A DNA stretch of 57,414 bases, filler included, from Trypethelium eluteriae (GCA_051942245.1; 2 parts of 2 records of this genome joined end to end with filler, not necessarily neighbours in it); one strand, 5' to 3'; shown: positions 13,101 to 25,766, numbered from the whole stretch's first letter. The notes: generated by a model not told the origin, from the sequence alone. Translations and numbers: made by a program.

Positions 13101-14338
13101 TTCCCCTTGTCAATCTTTGGCCTGGGCTGCGAAAACATAATTTCAGACGACGGAAGGTTGTCATCGCTGTCTTCTTGGATGAGATACGAGTAATCAACCT
13201 GTGGCTCGACGGTCGTTTTTTCGACTCTCCGATCTTCTGACTTCGACTCTGGTGCAGTTGGTGGGCTCGACGGGGGAGTTTCGGCGTCTTTGCTTATTTC
13301 CATGTCTGAAGAGCCGGCCGCAGAATTGAGAGCGCTCGCACTGCTATCCCCAACTACGAGGGACTGTTTGTTCTCTTGAACCCCCGCTTTCACAGAACGA
13401 AAGTTGAACCTGGTGAACAGGTCTTCCTTGCGAAATTTCTTTTTGGTCTGAGCTGAATGAGCAAGTTGCTGATTGCGACTGATCCGCTGTGTCTCTCGAT
13501 TCATCTCTTCTAAGGCCTTCTTGCTAGCCTTTCGTGTAGGTCGAGCCTCTTGTGTGAGCTTCCTGGCAGAGTATCCTTGTTCATCGCTGTCCGTCTCTGG
13601 TGCATCGATAACTCTTGGTCGACGCACCTTGGCCTTGCCAGGCCTTGGCTTGGGAGAGATTTCCTCTTCATGTAGGTCTTCAATTTCCTCTCTATGTTGT
13701 TCTTCTTCTTTAGCAAGTCTCTCCGCTCGCTTTTTGGCGATCAGCTCCTGTAGTCTGGACTGGATGCGTGGCTTCTCAGCTTCACTAGAACTTTCGTGGA
13801 ACGGCCTATTATGCTTCGGGCTAGAGTTTCGCGATGTCCCGGCGGACTTGATCGTAGGCGTCTGAGGTTTCGCTCTATTGTCAGGAGGAAGCGGTGAGGA
13901 CTCTGCAGCCTGGACGTCGCCCATGTCTGCTTCTGAGGCGGGACCTAGCAAGTCGGCGCTTAGGCTCTTATTGCTAGGACTCGCGGAAGCCCCCGCTCCA
14001 CCGATGTTATTCGTATCTTGAGCTGCGTCTTGTGCCTTCAGAGAACCCTGTTTCTTTCCCAATAGCCGTTGCCGCATGAGTTGATATGCGGTTTTGCCAT
14101 CCATCTCCTCTTCAGATTCGCTTCCATCCCTCGCGGCTTGTCGCTGTAATCCCGCAGCTAGTCCGGTCCTGAATCGTTCCATAGGGACTTCATCATCGCT
14201 GTCGCTGCTACTGGAAGATTTTTCTACGTTTTGCAGAGAGTTATTGCTTGAATTGTAGATCATGTCGTCCAGATGTGCCGGAGTTTGCTGACTGGTCAAT
14301 GGCGATCGAGGTGAGTCTGATAGAGCCATGCGCTCCAT
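10192..14338 (-). CDS. MRC1: Mediator of replication checkpoint / claspin homolog
   Basis: Large acidic protein with Mrc1-like domain MFEEQAEESEDEYAGLGGASDDE...AAFFADKERVRDEKEVEKLYRDIANGGLRKKRG; intron 11363-11282 (GTAAGT..CTGAC..CAG); several SQ/TQ sites. Start codon uncertain (first in-frame ATG at 14338). Confidence 0.9.
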
Positions 14339-14566
14339 ATTGTCTGCCTCTGATCTGCTAGTCTTCTGCAAATCAGTGCAGCGTTGTTTTGAACATCCTG
14401 ATTAAAAGGTGAAAATGCTCTTCGTGCTCATGCAGTCCAATTGCGTTTCGTGTTATGATCGAGCAAGGTGCAATTGACAAGATAGCCCAAAGAGAGAGAA
14501 GTACGCCTATCAATATCTTTCGATGTGTAGGTAGCCCTGGATGTAGTCTCGTGGAGTTGCAAAGCA

Positions 14567-14589
14567 ACGCGAGACGCGTCCAGACGCGA
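14567..14589. promoter_or_regulatory. Cluster of three MCB-like (ACGCG[T/A]) G1/S elements upstream of MRC1
   Basis: ACGCGA 14567, ACGCGT 14574 and ACGCGA 14584, about 230 bp upstream of the MRC1 ATG; MRC1 is an MBF target in yeasts. Confidence 0.6.
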
Positions 14590-15213
14590 CATGCAGGCTG
14601 GGGGTGCCTTCACTTGGCCCAAGCTCCTCGACTACCCCGCTTCCCGCTTCCCGCTTGGACACACCACACTTACAGTACCTCACCCTGGGCACTCTTTGGC
14701 CGTACGTACCGCATCTACAATCTACCTACCTAGTAGGTCCTCAGGAAACAAGTTGGACACCTACTCACATTGGTGACGCTAGTTCTGCGCACATAATGGA
14801 GCTCTGGAAGTTTTGACATTAATCACAAAGTGGTATGATTTGTCGACAAACCTTCCGAAGTATCCTTCGTTCGGATACGAAGTACGCGTTCCTGCTTACT
14901 CGGTAGAATGCTGGAGAATGCCTGCGCCATTGCGATGTTTTACACATCGTTACGAAGTCGATCCCTTCTACGCAGAGAGCACGAGTGAAGAGAAGGAAGA
15001 CTTTCCCTGGATGAAAGGAGCTGACCTGGCTTGCTGGCTATGTCCTTTACTCTACCTAGGGAGGACGTGCATAAGCCCCGCAGCCTGTCTCACACGTTTT
15101 GCGCTGTTCTTCCGTCGCTTTCTTTGTCAGTTTGGCAATCTCACAGCCAGATTAAAATCAATCAGATCTTTCTTCGACGCTGCTACTTAACTGTATGGTA
15201 ATCAATCGTTCCA

Positions 15214-15996
15214 ATGTCTGAGAGGAAAGTCATCTCCATGTGGTACCCTCCCGACTTCGATCCTGTCGATCTGGCGAAACGGCACCGGGGTCCTCGACAA
15301 GGTGGCCCTAAGCGTATACCTGTTCGGCCTTGGCTCCTTTCTCTATGAAACTTGTCTCCTGCGGCAACTTCATCTACAACGGTTGGACATTTGATTCGTA
15401 GAAGGAAACTACGGACATGAAATATTGTGATAATACTATTTACCGATTCTATATTCGCTGTCCCTCTTGCTCCTCCGAGAATTGATTCCGTACCGATCCC
15501 AAACATATGATCTACGAGTGTGAGCATGGGTTCCAACGTAATTTTTGAGCCGTGGCGTGCGGCTGTGCCAGCCGAGGAGATAGAGGAAGAGTGTTTGGAC
15601 GATCTAGAGTGCGAAGAGGCAGAGTATGGTATCATAGAAGAGCTTGTAGCGAGGCTTTTAGATGAGAAGACGGAATTGAGAATCGCAGATGCCCTCGATG
15701 AGATTTGAAGCCGCGACACTCATACTGAGCGTTGGGTGACGAAGGAGAATTCGGAGGGTACTAAAGTGATGAGCGAGACTACAATAGATTTGCAGCTCGA
15801 GATCGAGGACGCTGAAGATATTGCAGCTACCCAGCAAGTTTTTTATTTCCCCTAAAACAGGCACGAATAAGTTGAGGAAGAGGAAGTTCGAGAGGTTGAG
15901 ACGTCCACCAAAACAAGTGAGTGGACAATCCGAAAGCGAAAAAGGAAGCAGGAAACGGATCTCTTTGCTCAGCTCCGCGTCAGACCCAAAGATTGA
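15214..15996 (+). pseudogene. YJU2: Decayed copy of splicing factor Yju2/Cwc16 (CCDC94)
   Basis: Cross-frame translation: MSERKVISMWYPPDFDP...PKRIPVR/fs/LAPFSMKLVSCGNFIYNGWTFDS*KETTDMKYCDNTIYRFYIRCPSCSSEN*FRTDPKHMIYECEHGFQRNF/fs/EPWR...TELRIADALDEI*; at least 2 frameshifts and 3 stops. Confidence 0.88.
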
Positions 15997-16789
15997 GTAA
16001 ATACTATCCTTATAAAGAGAGAGGTTCTTGCTAAGAAATTGGTTCGACCTGCGATGATATCCACGAATTTAGTAAACAGTTGAATGCGAAGGAACGACCT
16101 TTAGAAAGAGTTAATAGTCTTTGGATTAGTGCTTCCATAGTAGACTGCTGATATATTCGTCAACGCCAGACTTATTCCTATTCGCTGCGTGTACCTTGTG
16201 TGTAATATAGCGGTATACGCTTAGACTACCCTATAATAGGCACTTTCCGCCGTGAGCATACCTGGTATGTTATCGGAGTGTGATCGTAACGAGAAATCAA
16301 AGTGATCTGGAGACTGCGCCACGACCACGCCACCGTAGCTCCTAGCAAACACTCGTCCACTTGGCATCACTCACTTGCAGCCTTTCTTGCATTGAGATGA
16401 ACAAACAGGCGCAAATTCTACATCACAGTAGACGGCTGTCGATCAGCGCAAGCGATTTGCTGGTCTCTTTCACTTTGTTGTTCTCTTGACTTTCCACCTC
16501 CGCCTAACAATCACGAACCCAAACACTTGTCATCAATAAATAAGCCTTACCATGGGTGGATAGATTTATCCTCAACGACTCATAGAGTCACATCATCTCG
16601 CCCGCCCGTGCCGTCCCACGAAAATTCGTCACATCCACGAATCTGCCTTCCTCTGCGATCAAAGAGATGCAGATAAGCTTTATGTGACCGACTGCAGCAA
16701 GGCTGGGGATCTAGATCCCTCCTCAACTTTTCCCATTTAACTCTCGGTAATTTTCTGCTCTTTGCATCATCGTTACTGATACAGCAAGA

Positions 16790-18319
16790 ATGGCACGCCG
16801 ATGGCGGCACCCGCGACAGTGGCCAAGCGCTGCTTGGAGCTACTTCACTTCTTCCTTGATCATCATCACATGCCCTTGTTGGTGTCTTCCGATCTGGGGC
16901 TGGGTTGAATACGACGACTATCAAATTCGCAAGCGCAACTCAAGCAAGGAGTTTCAGAAGCGACGGGCAAGCTATGCTCCAGACCCTATGCCCGAACTAC
17001 GAGAACGGCATTTGGAGATACCACTTGAGCACCCTGTGCTGGTCCGCGAATCGCAAAAGCGACTTAGAAGCAGTAAACATGCCACAATCCTGCAAAAGAC
17101 TAGCTCACAGCAGCAGTCTTTACTTCTTCAAAAGCTACCCATTGAAGTTCGCCTCCTCATATGGGAACACTGCATTGGTGGCGAACTCCTCCACATTGTC
17201 CGGGAGCCAGGGCGTTTAGGTTATGTCATCTGTCCCTTCTGGAAATTTGATCTACCACTTTACTCTTCTTCAAATACTTTCATTCGAGAATCCACACGCA
17301 CTGCCATCGAAGAATGGGCCTCGCCGAATTATACATCGAACCACATCTGCTGGTCGCCTCAAGATGCCGACGGTCTCAGCTATGCCCGTACACGCGAATC
17401 CAAGCTCTTTGGACTCAACAGCGTTAGTAAACGTGCCTTCCTTCCGCTTCTACAGACCTGCCGTCAGGTGTATTCCGAGGCGCTTCCCATCATGTATCAA
17501 ACCAATGTCTTCGACATCAAATCCCTCGACACGCTACTCTCGCTCCCACGTACGACCATTCATGTGGATCTAATTCGAACCCTCCGTCTCTCCTGGGACT
17601 TCTGTGCTGATCCCTTGCAACCTCGCTTGAATGCGAATCCACCACCGGCGCGTCGCGGCTTGTTTTCCGATGCGATCCCGCCATTCGATCTCGACACGTG
17701 GCTACGCGCTTGCGCCTTTCTGTCCAGAATGAAGGGACTTCAGGAGCTTGTCCTAACCATAGAGGGGGCTAGATGGGCGGCGCAAAGTCCCGAATCGGCG
17801 TCTCAGCTGCTACTTCCATTGGCAGGAGTGAAGGTCGGGCGCATTTTCGAGGTGCACGTGCCGTGGGAATCGAACGAATGGGAAGATGCGGTTGTCAAGT
17901 TAGTGGAGAGGCAGCAGAAGCATGAAGATGGTGGGGAAGTAGAGTGGCTAGAAGATATAAGTTGGGCACGAACGCTACTAGAGGAGACTGTACAGACCAA
18001 TAGTGAGGGCCGTAGGATGACGCTTTCGAAGTGGAAGCGCATGCTAAAGAACAAAGAAAAAGAAACACGCTCGTTCAAGAAGATCGCACATACCGAGTCT
18101 GGTCATGTCAAGGATCCGGACGCTGAAAAGGGAGACGGAAAGGAGAATGAGAAGGAGAATATGATTGATACTCTGGAGGTGAGTGTACGATCCGAACAGA
18201 ACGAGCGAAACGTCGGCTTTGAGATCGTGAGGAGAGAGGAGCTCCTCCATGTCACCAAGTTACCGACCTTTCCGGCAAGAAAGAGACACAGAAGGAATAA
18301 GGCGTTTCGTCAAAGATAA
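16790..18319 (+). CDS. DUF7730 / F-box-like protein
   Basis: QSLLLQKLPIEVRLLIWEHCIGG and LPLLQTCRQVYSEALPIMYQTNVF motifs; 509-aa ORF. Confidence 0.8.
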   Translation: MARRWRHPRQWPSAAWSYFTSSLIIITCPCWCLPIWGWVEYDDYQIRKRNSSKEFQKRRASYAPDPMPELRERHLEIPLEHPVLVRESQKRLRSSKHATILQKTSSQQQSLLLQKLPIEVRLLIWEHCIGGELLHIVREPGRLGYVICPFWKFDLPLYSSSNTFIRESTRTAIEEWASPNYTSNHICWSPQDADGLSYARTRESKLFGLNSVSKRAFLPLLQTCRQVYSEALPIMYQTNVFDIKSLDTLLSLPRTTIHVDLIRTLRLSWDFCADPLQPRLNANPPPARRGLFSDAIPPFDLDTWLRACAFLSRMKGLQELVLTIEGARWAAQSPESASQLLLPLAGVKVGRIFEVHVPWESNEWEDAVVKLVERQQKHEDGGEVEWLEDISWARTLLEETVQTNSEGRRMTLSKWKRMLKNKEKETRSFKKIAHTESGHVKDPDAEKGDGKENEKENMIDTLEVSVRSEQNERNVGFEIVRREELLHVTKLPTFPARKRHRRNKAFRQR

Positions 18320-18924
18320 GTGGCGGATTCATGCTATTCCTAGCTCAGTCGCAGATTTGGCAGATCGATTGCAACGAATAGCATAGAAGTGGGAGCGTAA
18401 TGTGCACGAGGGCTCTCGGCCTTCCCTATCGAGCTTTCATGTTGCTGCGAACAGACGGGGAAAGGTTCTTTATTTGATGACTTCTACGAATGACATTTCC
18501 TCTTGTTATTTGGGAGAGAGATGGCTCTTCTCTTAAACCATATATCATATATGAACTCCATGCAAAACCAAAATCATCGTGGTATAGGTTATGCTTGAGA
18601 AATTGAATCCCTAGACCATCGATTAGTAATCATACTGCACTGGCATTGCTTACTACAGTCGAGCTTTCTACCACACCGGTTTATTCGTATCACAAATCAC
18701 AAGTCGCTGACCAATTGACATTAGCTTACAGCAAACAATAAAGACCTGAACAGGAAGTGTGGATGACAAATTTCATGGTAGGAAACAGCTACAAGATCTC
18801 TGGGCCAGCCGTTTAGCGTGAAAGAGATGTCCCACAGGGTAAGTATAAATGAACAGCAGACCTAGACATTACTTCATTTCTTCGTTATCATCTACAATAT
18901 CTTGCATTGCTTCCCTCAAATAAT

Positions 18925-20308
18925 ATGGCACCAATACGTGTGGCCCTAATCGGTCTTTCTGCTTCTGCCAAGACCTCCTGGGCGGTCGAAGGTCATCTCC
19001 CGTATCTCCTCTCCCCGAAAGGCAAATCCAAATACCAAATCGTTGCCCTCCTCAACTCCAGCGTAGACGCAGCCAAGGACGCCATCGCAACTTTCGAGCT
19101 CCCCGCGTCCACTAAAGCGTACGGAGATCCCCAGGACCTAGCCAATGACCCGGACATCGATCTGGTGGTGAACAATACTCGGACAGATGTGCACTATGGC
19201 ACTATCAAACCGAGTATTGAGGCAGGTAAGCATGCCTATGTGGAATGGCCGCTCGCCCACTCGGTTCCTGCTGCTATCGAGCTGAGAGATCTCGCGGCGA
19301 AGAAGTATGTGCGTACGATGGTGGGACTTCAGGGAAGGCTTTCGCCTGTCATTCTCAAAGTCTCGGAAGTGCTCGGTGACGGAGAGAATGGAAAGATTGG
19401 AAAAGTGCTGAGTAGCGATGCAAGGGCGTTCGGTAGTCTCTTGAGGAGAGATCGCTTTTCCGAGGGACTAGCATACTTCGCAGACAGAAAAATAGGTGGT
19501 CACCCTGTGTCAATACATTTTGGACATAGTGAGTCTCGCGTCTTTCATTTCTGCTACTCTTTCGTGGGGGTGAACATGTTCGTTGGAGCATTGAGACAAC
19601 CGAATGCATTTCCCTAATAATGATGACTAGCCCGGGAGCGACCTAAGAGGCTGAAAGAGAAAATATAAGTATCAGAGGAGCATGCTGACACACTCTGGTT
19701 CGCTAGTGATCGACTTCATTCATTCTGTCCTTGGCGAATTTTCTTCTTTTCAATCCCATGCTCAAGTACAGCGCCCTGAGGTGTTTATCACCAGCGGCCA
19801 TTGGAGCTCTTCCAATGACACCTCAAGTGTGGCTGGGACTATTAAATCTGATGTTCCCGACCTCGTCTCTGTCCAAGGGACATTGAAGTCCTCTGACTTA
19901 ATTTCAGAGGGGGCCACCTTGACCGTTACGTACCGCAATGGGCCCTCGTTCCCTGGAACCCCCGCTTTTGTGTGGACAATTGCTGGCACAAAAGGCGAAC
20001 TCCGAGTTACAAGTCCAGAGGGGCCATACTTGCAAAGTCATTGTTATGGTTCAGATGATAAACCGGCTGGTATTAAGATTGAGGTTCACAACTATGGATC
20101 GAATACCGTGGAAACAGTGCCTTGGCATTGGAGTGACTTGCAAAAGAGCTTGGATATGGTGAGGGGTCGGATGATAGCTGAGGTTTATGAGCGATTTGCT
20201 CACAGCGGGGGAAAGGCGCCATGGCCGACCTTTGGAGATGCGGTGGTGAGGCACAAGCAAATCGCACAAATTCTTAAAGCTTTTGACGAGAAGAGCGTAA
20301 CATCTTAA
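18925..20308 (+). CDS. Gfo/Idh/MocA-family oxidoreductase (Gal80-like)
   Basis: MAPIRVALIGLS, GHLPYL, DPDIDLVV, GKHAYVEWPLA, VGLQGR; intron 19529-19706 (GTGAGT..GCTGAC..TAG) restores GHMIDF. Confidence 0.88.
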
Positions 20309-20555
20309 GTTTGAGACCTGAGGAGAAAGATTAGCGAGGGTGGGTCTGGTAGCTTTTGGCGTGTTGCATGCGATTATTGTAGACTTCGCATGGAGAAGGA
20401 TGTTAAAAAAGTCGAAAATTCCGCGAGAATATCGCTTCCAGTCCAGTTATGAAATCTTCAAGGTTCACAAACCATCCCAAAACTCGTTGGATAAAGTAGC
20501 ATGGTATTGCAGGACACTATCCGACGTTCAAAACAGGACAGGGTCAAAACCAACT

Positions 20556-21398
20556 TTATACTCTCTCACTTATCCAGATAGCGCCTCTGCAACCTCCTCT
20601 GATCACACTCGTCAACAACTCATATGGCCTTGCCTCTTTTGCATCCTCCCCCACCGCATGATCCAGATGCTCCAACTCCTCATCCCGGATCTTGCGAATC
20701 TGCTCCACCAGCTCCCTCATCTCTTCCGGCACCTCCTCCCCCTTCTTTTCCGTCTCCTCTAACCAGCCTAGCAACACTCGTACTTGCGTGTTATAATGCT
20801 CCCCAATCTCCGTCTCCACCGCCTCCGTACACGCCATGGCGGCCTCCCGCCCCATAATACCAGTCGTCCAGCCCAGCGCAGTTGCGGCGAACTGCCAAAC
20901 TGGGTACATGGCGGTGGGACGAATACGATGCTTGGCGAGGAGGTTGTTGAAGGTGGAGAAGTGGCCGGCTTCTTGATCGTACATGTGCTTCATAAGAGGT
21001 CGAAGGTGCGGATGAGCTTTGACGATAGGGGGAGTTTGAGCGGTGTAGATTAAGGTGGCGGCAAGCTCGCCTGCTTGATTGACGCGCAGCTGAAAAGAGT
21101 GTGTTAGCGATCTTGCAATGGACGCGTGAGGGAGGAGACATACTGCGCTCTCGAGGAATTTCCGCTGTTCATCACTTAGGGCGGTCTTGACTTTTGGTGA
21201 AGTCGCTTGTAGAGATCCGTTATCTGTTGACTGCACTTCTGCTCTTCGCCGTCTTCTGGAAGTAGAAAAATGTAGTCTTGGAGATTGCGATATGCGAGTG
21301 GCAAGGCATGGCGCAAGAAAATCAAATACAGGCAATTGGTACTGATGAAGGTATGGAAGTTGGGAAGCAGATCGCTTCGTCAGCGAAGGGAGGAGCAT
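20556..21398 (-). CDS. COQ7: 5-demethoxyubiquinone hydroxylase (di-iron), mitochondrial
   Basis: LRVNQAGELAA, MYDQEAGH, AAMACTEAVETEIGEHYN, IRDEELEHLDHA; 54-nt in-frame intron 21143-21090. Confidence 0.95.
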   Translation of the reverse strand: MLLPSLTKRSASQLPYLHQYQLPVFDFLAPCLATRISQSPRLHFSTSRRRRRAEVQSTDNGSLQATSPKVKTALSDEQRKFLESAVCLLPHASIARSLTHSFQLRVNQAGELAATLIYTAQTPPIVKAHPHLRPLMKHMYDQEAGHFSTFNNLLAKHRIRPTAMYPVWQFAATALGWTTGIMGREAAMACTEAVETEIGEHYNTQVRVLLGWLEETEKKGEEVPEEMRELVEQIRKIRDEELEHLDHAVGEDAKEARPYELLTSVIRGGCRGAIWISERV

Positions 21399-21962
21399 GT
21401 GTTGATACCTGAATATATGAAAATCCAGGAGATGATAAGAACAATGCGAGGGGTCGGATATCGATTGATCTATGAAATAGAAATATGCAAGGCAGTATTA
21501 TGAAGCTGTAGACTGACGCTGACGTATACGAAAGCTGGAGTAACATTAGACGAGACCCTGATCTATCTAACCTATTCTGGACAGTGCGGCAGCGTACGGA
21601 GTAGCTGACTTTATGTCACTCGATGGTCCGTGATCGGGTGTTCTTCGACGGAAAGCGGGAGAGGCTTTCTTAAGACAGAACCTTTGAGCGTTCAAGGCTC
21701 GTCTTGCTCGTGACGACCCTGCCTTCTCCTTATTGTTGCACATCCACAATAGGACTCCAGCCTCCTCCCTTTGGGTCCCATACAACGTTTATCTACACCG
21801 AATTACAAACTTTTCTCCTCCAATTACCAATATCTTGGACATTCTTCAAGTACGGGGCTTCTTACAAGCGCAAGCACGTTCAGCTTTTGTCTACTTCACC
21901 TGATCGCGTTGATTTGATTCACACATTGGCGGACCCGCCTGGCACATTTCACCCGCACAAAC

Positions 21963-23966
21963 ATGGCTGATGGTGAAATTCTTGCCGAGGACGACCTCCT
22001 GCTCCTCGCTGGCGGGGATGCAGCTCCCTCTACCAACGATGATTCTCAACCTGCGCGGTCACCATCACGCTCCCCATCACCCGTTAACTCACCTATAAAG
22101 GCTTCGATCGAAAGTGTGCCGAGTCCCCTTCCCAACAAATCTGTAGCTAAACGCAAATCCAATGGAACAATGAAGGGCGGTGCAAGGAAGCGCCGCCGGA
22201 CTGACTCCGAGGAAGATGGTGAAGCGTAAGCTCTTCCTCACCTTGTGCGACCGCACGTGCCCGGCTCTCACTCTCGCCACTGCTTAGGTATATATACGCT
22301 CATGACTGACTTCCCACTCTAGCTCCTCCGCACCTTCTTCCCGCAACTCTCTTCGATCTGCCGCCATGTCAGAATCTGAATCAGAAACGTCACCGGGCGG
22401 CATGGGCGATGTTCCTGCCTCTGAGTATCCTCTTGAGGGAAAGTTCCGTGATGCTAAAGACAAAGCAGAAATCATGGCTATGACCGAAGTCAGACGTGAA
22501 CAAGTCTTGGCCGAACGAGCCCAAGCCGCTGAAGAGGAATCCCAGAAGCTTGCCCTGCGTCGTATGCTGGCGCAGCGAGAGCGCGAAGAGGCTAGCAAGA
22601 AGAAACGAAAGACTGATGACATTGACGAAAGTCCTCGCAAGAGCACCAGGACTAAAGCAACGAAGACTAATGAGACGCTCGAGGCTTATAAGCGCCAGCG
22701 TGAACAGCGTGGCCGCGAGCGTCGACGTGGCGAAGACCGGAAAGCTCGCGACAAGCGCTCACCGTCGAAGGACTCAGATGCTGATGCCGAAGGCGACAGT
22801 GAAGTTGAGTGGGATGATGGCCGATCCAAGCCTGCTGCTGTTGAGCAACCACCGGCAGACCTTAAAGACTACCAGCACGTTAAGATTGGTCGTGAAAACT
22901 TTCCTGACATTAATTACACTCCTGGATTTGAAGAGAAGGTCATCGGCTGCTTTACTCGGATCATTGTTGGTGTCGACAAAAGTACAGGCCAGAATGATTA
23001 CAGAATGTGCCGCATCAATGGTAAGCTTCGCCGTCCAAGAAATTCTGTTTCTCTGCTAAATTGTCATGCGCAAGCTATTGCACAAGGCAAACCCTATGCA
23101 ATGGAGGCGAGGAATGGCAGGTCTATACTCACAGAACAGTATCTTGTCCTCTCGCAGGGCAGCACAACAAAGCTGTTTCCTATGATCGCTTGCTCGCAGT
23201 CTGATTTCACACCAGTGAGCTTCATTCTCTTGTCTCCCACAGCCGGCACTGACACATTCTCTAGCGCGACCTCGAACGCTACAAAATCGAAATGAGTAAC
23301 TCAAATATGAAGCTCCCCACAAAGGCCGCTCTCGTTGCCTGTAACAACAATATCCGAGCTCTGCTAAACCACCGTTGGACGGACCAAGATATCGAAAACA
23401 AGCTAAAGCTTTCCGGCATCGCCCAATCCAAAACCGCCGCCTTCGATCGCGACCGCCTCACGCGCGAACGCAAGGCCGCGGTAGCCCGTGACGATGAAGC
23501 CGGCATCGCCCGCATCGACGCCGAACTCGCCGCGCTGGAAGGGCCCAAGCTCGCCTTCGGCACCTCGCTCCACGGCCATGGCGGCAACAGCAACAGCAGT
23601 GCCTCGCCTGCGAAACCAAAGGAAAACGGTAGCGACTCCGGCCCTACTTCTGCTTCTACTACTGCTCGCCCCGGCCGGTTGGCTCCAGGTTCTCGCGCGT
23701 CCGCCACAGACGCAGTTCGCAAGGCGCAGCTGGCGGAGAAGCGGGCGAAGGAGAAAGCGATTGCGGAGTCGGCGCGGCAGCGGAAACTGAAGGAGGAAGA
23801 GGATGCGAGGAGAAAGGCGGAGGCGGCAAGTCGCGAGGCGACGCCTGCTGGTGAGAAGAAGGAGCGGTTGAAGGAGAGAGAGAGAACTTTGCCGACGTTC
23901 AAGCGGAAGGCGATGGATGATGAGATCATCGGGAGTATGGACCTGGGGATTGATATTGACATCTGA
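21963..23966 (+). CDS. RTF1: Paf1 complex subunit with Plus3 domain
   Basis: YPLEGKFRDAKDKAEIMAMTEVRREQVLAER (HMD) and Plus3 PGFEEKVIGCFTRI...YRMCRI; introns 22226-22322, 23021-23074, 23215-23264. Confidence 0.92.
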
Positions 23967-24326
23967 ATCACGGATCACTGAAGGGAGCACAATCAGAGCA
24001 GTATGTTCTGCATGTGGCGCTCGATCACTGAGATCTGGAGCCTAGGAAATAATGGCATATGGGAGATTGATGATGGTGCATCGGTCAGTCAGTAACAAGG
24101 CAGAGGATGCGGAATGGTGTATCTAGAACTTCATGTCTCTTGGCTATCGCGAAGTTAGATACGCGACGATAGTAAAGACACAGAACCACCGGTATTTGTC
24201 TAAATCTCCTTCGTCCGGTATTGCCCGCTGCGTATTGTCTTGCCCTCATATCAAATCGATCGATTGACGTAGTCAAAGGGGCCCTGTTCCCCCCAAAAAT
24301 CTAGGAGGAATGTTTGTCTGCTTCTA

Positions 24327-24498
24327 CCTTACGGGAGTAGGGGGGTTTCCCAACCGGAACGGAGTACCTCCGTAGTTTGCAGACAATAAGCTAGTGTTGA
24401 CACGGGTTAGGGTAAAAAGTTACGCCCATAAAGCAGATTCTTCGTAATTGTCTGCAAACTACCGGTTAGGAATCCTTACTTCCACATAGCACGTAGGT
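24327..24498. mobile_element. Diverged relative of the foldback MITE family
   Basis: Left end TA|CCTTACGGGAGTAGGGGGGTTTCCCAACCGG resembles the MITE terminus; perfect 16-bp internal inverted repeat GTAGTTTGCAGACAAT (24372-24387)/ATTGTCTGCAAACTAC (24447-24462); right end degenerate. Confidence 0.6.
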
Positions 24499-25594
24499 TA
24501 AGCTTCCAACTTCGGCTAATGTACCGCTCTTTTCATACATCCTTCATTCGCCAACAAACATTTTAACCTATAAAAACGCCCTTCCCAAGCCGTGCAGTCC
24601 TTGCTCTAATCTATCATACGTCCATTCTGACCATATCTGATCAAGCTTCCTCTGTGTTCCTTCTGAGCATCGGTGCACAAAGTTTCGTCAACTAAATGCT
24701 ATTTCTTTTCGTATTTACTTTACTCCCGTGTTCTACTTTATATACATCTATATTAGATGCGTCTTTCCTATCGATCACTGAAGAGCGCGGAACATGATTT
24801 CAAGAGCCAAGGCCGCCCTTCTGACCGCAGTGAACAGTTGTCCTGCTTGTCTGATTTATCATGTAATCGCTATGTCCATTCTCGCACCTATCGTCTCGTA
24901 TATGCTCAGTGCTACAAACCTTGTTTATCAGAACGTTTAATTTTCCATATTCCCAATATTCTGTGCTCATGAAACTTTATATTCTAATGCTTCCAGTGCA
25001 TTCTTTCCTTCCCTAGCCATACAGACTTCGGATTTTACGGAAGCGATTGCGTGGAAGTCGGACGGTTCTCCCTTACAAGTCTAGGACCAATCCTGATACA
25101 ACGGTAGCGTTGAAGCATCTTACATTGTAGCGGTATGCCTTGCCCAACTTTCTAAATCGTTGAAGAGCCATTCACTGGAAATGCGGCCGATCCTGCCCTT
25201 CCTTACCTCTCTGGACCTAGGAGGATGCCTATTCGAGTAAGGACATGGACGGCGCCACGTATATTATGGAGGGTTGAGGAGGTTTTGGGAGGATTTCAAT
25301 AGTCTCGAGTCACACGATCTTCGTTGAATTGACTCGATCGAACTTGTTGTGGTGGAATCTCGAGAGTTTCAGCCCGAAAAGGCTAGACTTGCCAATGTCT
25401 CCAGGTCTATTCGACGCTCTGGCAGACTCTACACGTTCTGAACTGTGGTTGAGCATCAGAGTCACAACTATAGCTGGTTTTTAACTCTCCCAACCAGGCA
25501 TCTGGACGATTCTGCGTCATTCTTGGGCTTTCTGCGTGACTCTTCAAGGAAGAATTCTATCACGTGTCTTTGCCTAAGGCTCCCAGAGCTCAAG

Positions 25595-25601
25595 TATAAA
25601 A
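25595..25601 (+). promoter_or_regulatory. TATA box followed by CT-rich initiator region
   Basis: TATAAAAG followed by a pyrimidine tract (25619-25645), typical of strong fungal Pol II promoters; no conventional gene follows. Confidence 0.55.
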
Positions 25602-25766
25602 GAGCGGCCTGCCCCCAGGTTCCTCCGTCTCTTCTTTTTTTTCTTCAGACAGCTTCCAGCACAGTTGGCTTACTCTTGTGGTATCGTGGCTTCCAAACCA
25701 GCTTTACCACGAGTTCTCTTAACTGCTGCTCGTTGCTGGCTCTCTCCTCCCCATTCACTCACGCCT

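Noticed and set aside
10331..13865. Many + strand ORFs opposite MRC1 (likewise opposite OSH3, RTF1, the NTF2-like gene and borealin)
   Set aside because: Antisense shadows of real coding sequence
19620..19688. Possible C/D snoRNA in the 178-nt oxidoreductase intron (ATGATGA...CTGA...CTGA)
   Set aside because: The last CTGA is the branch site, there is no terminal stem, and the guide only imperfectly matches rRNA as I recall it
24404..24413. GGGTTAGGGT as telomerase RNA template or interstitial telomere
   Set aside because: Only about 1.5 repeats, inside a MITE-like loop, with no other telomerase RNA hallmarks recognised
24757..25440. Possible decayed gene fragments (e.g. ILPFLTSLDLGGC)
   Set aside because: Too short and stop-ridden to assign without a search
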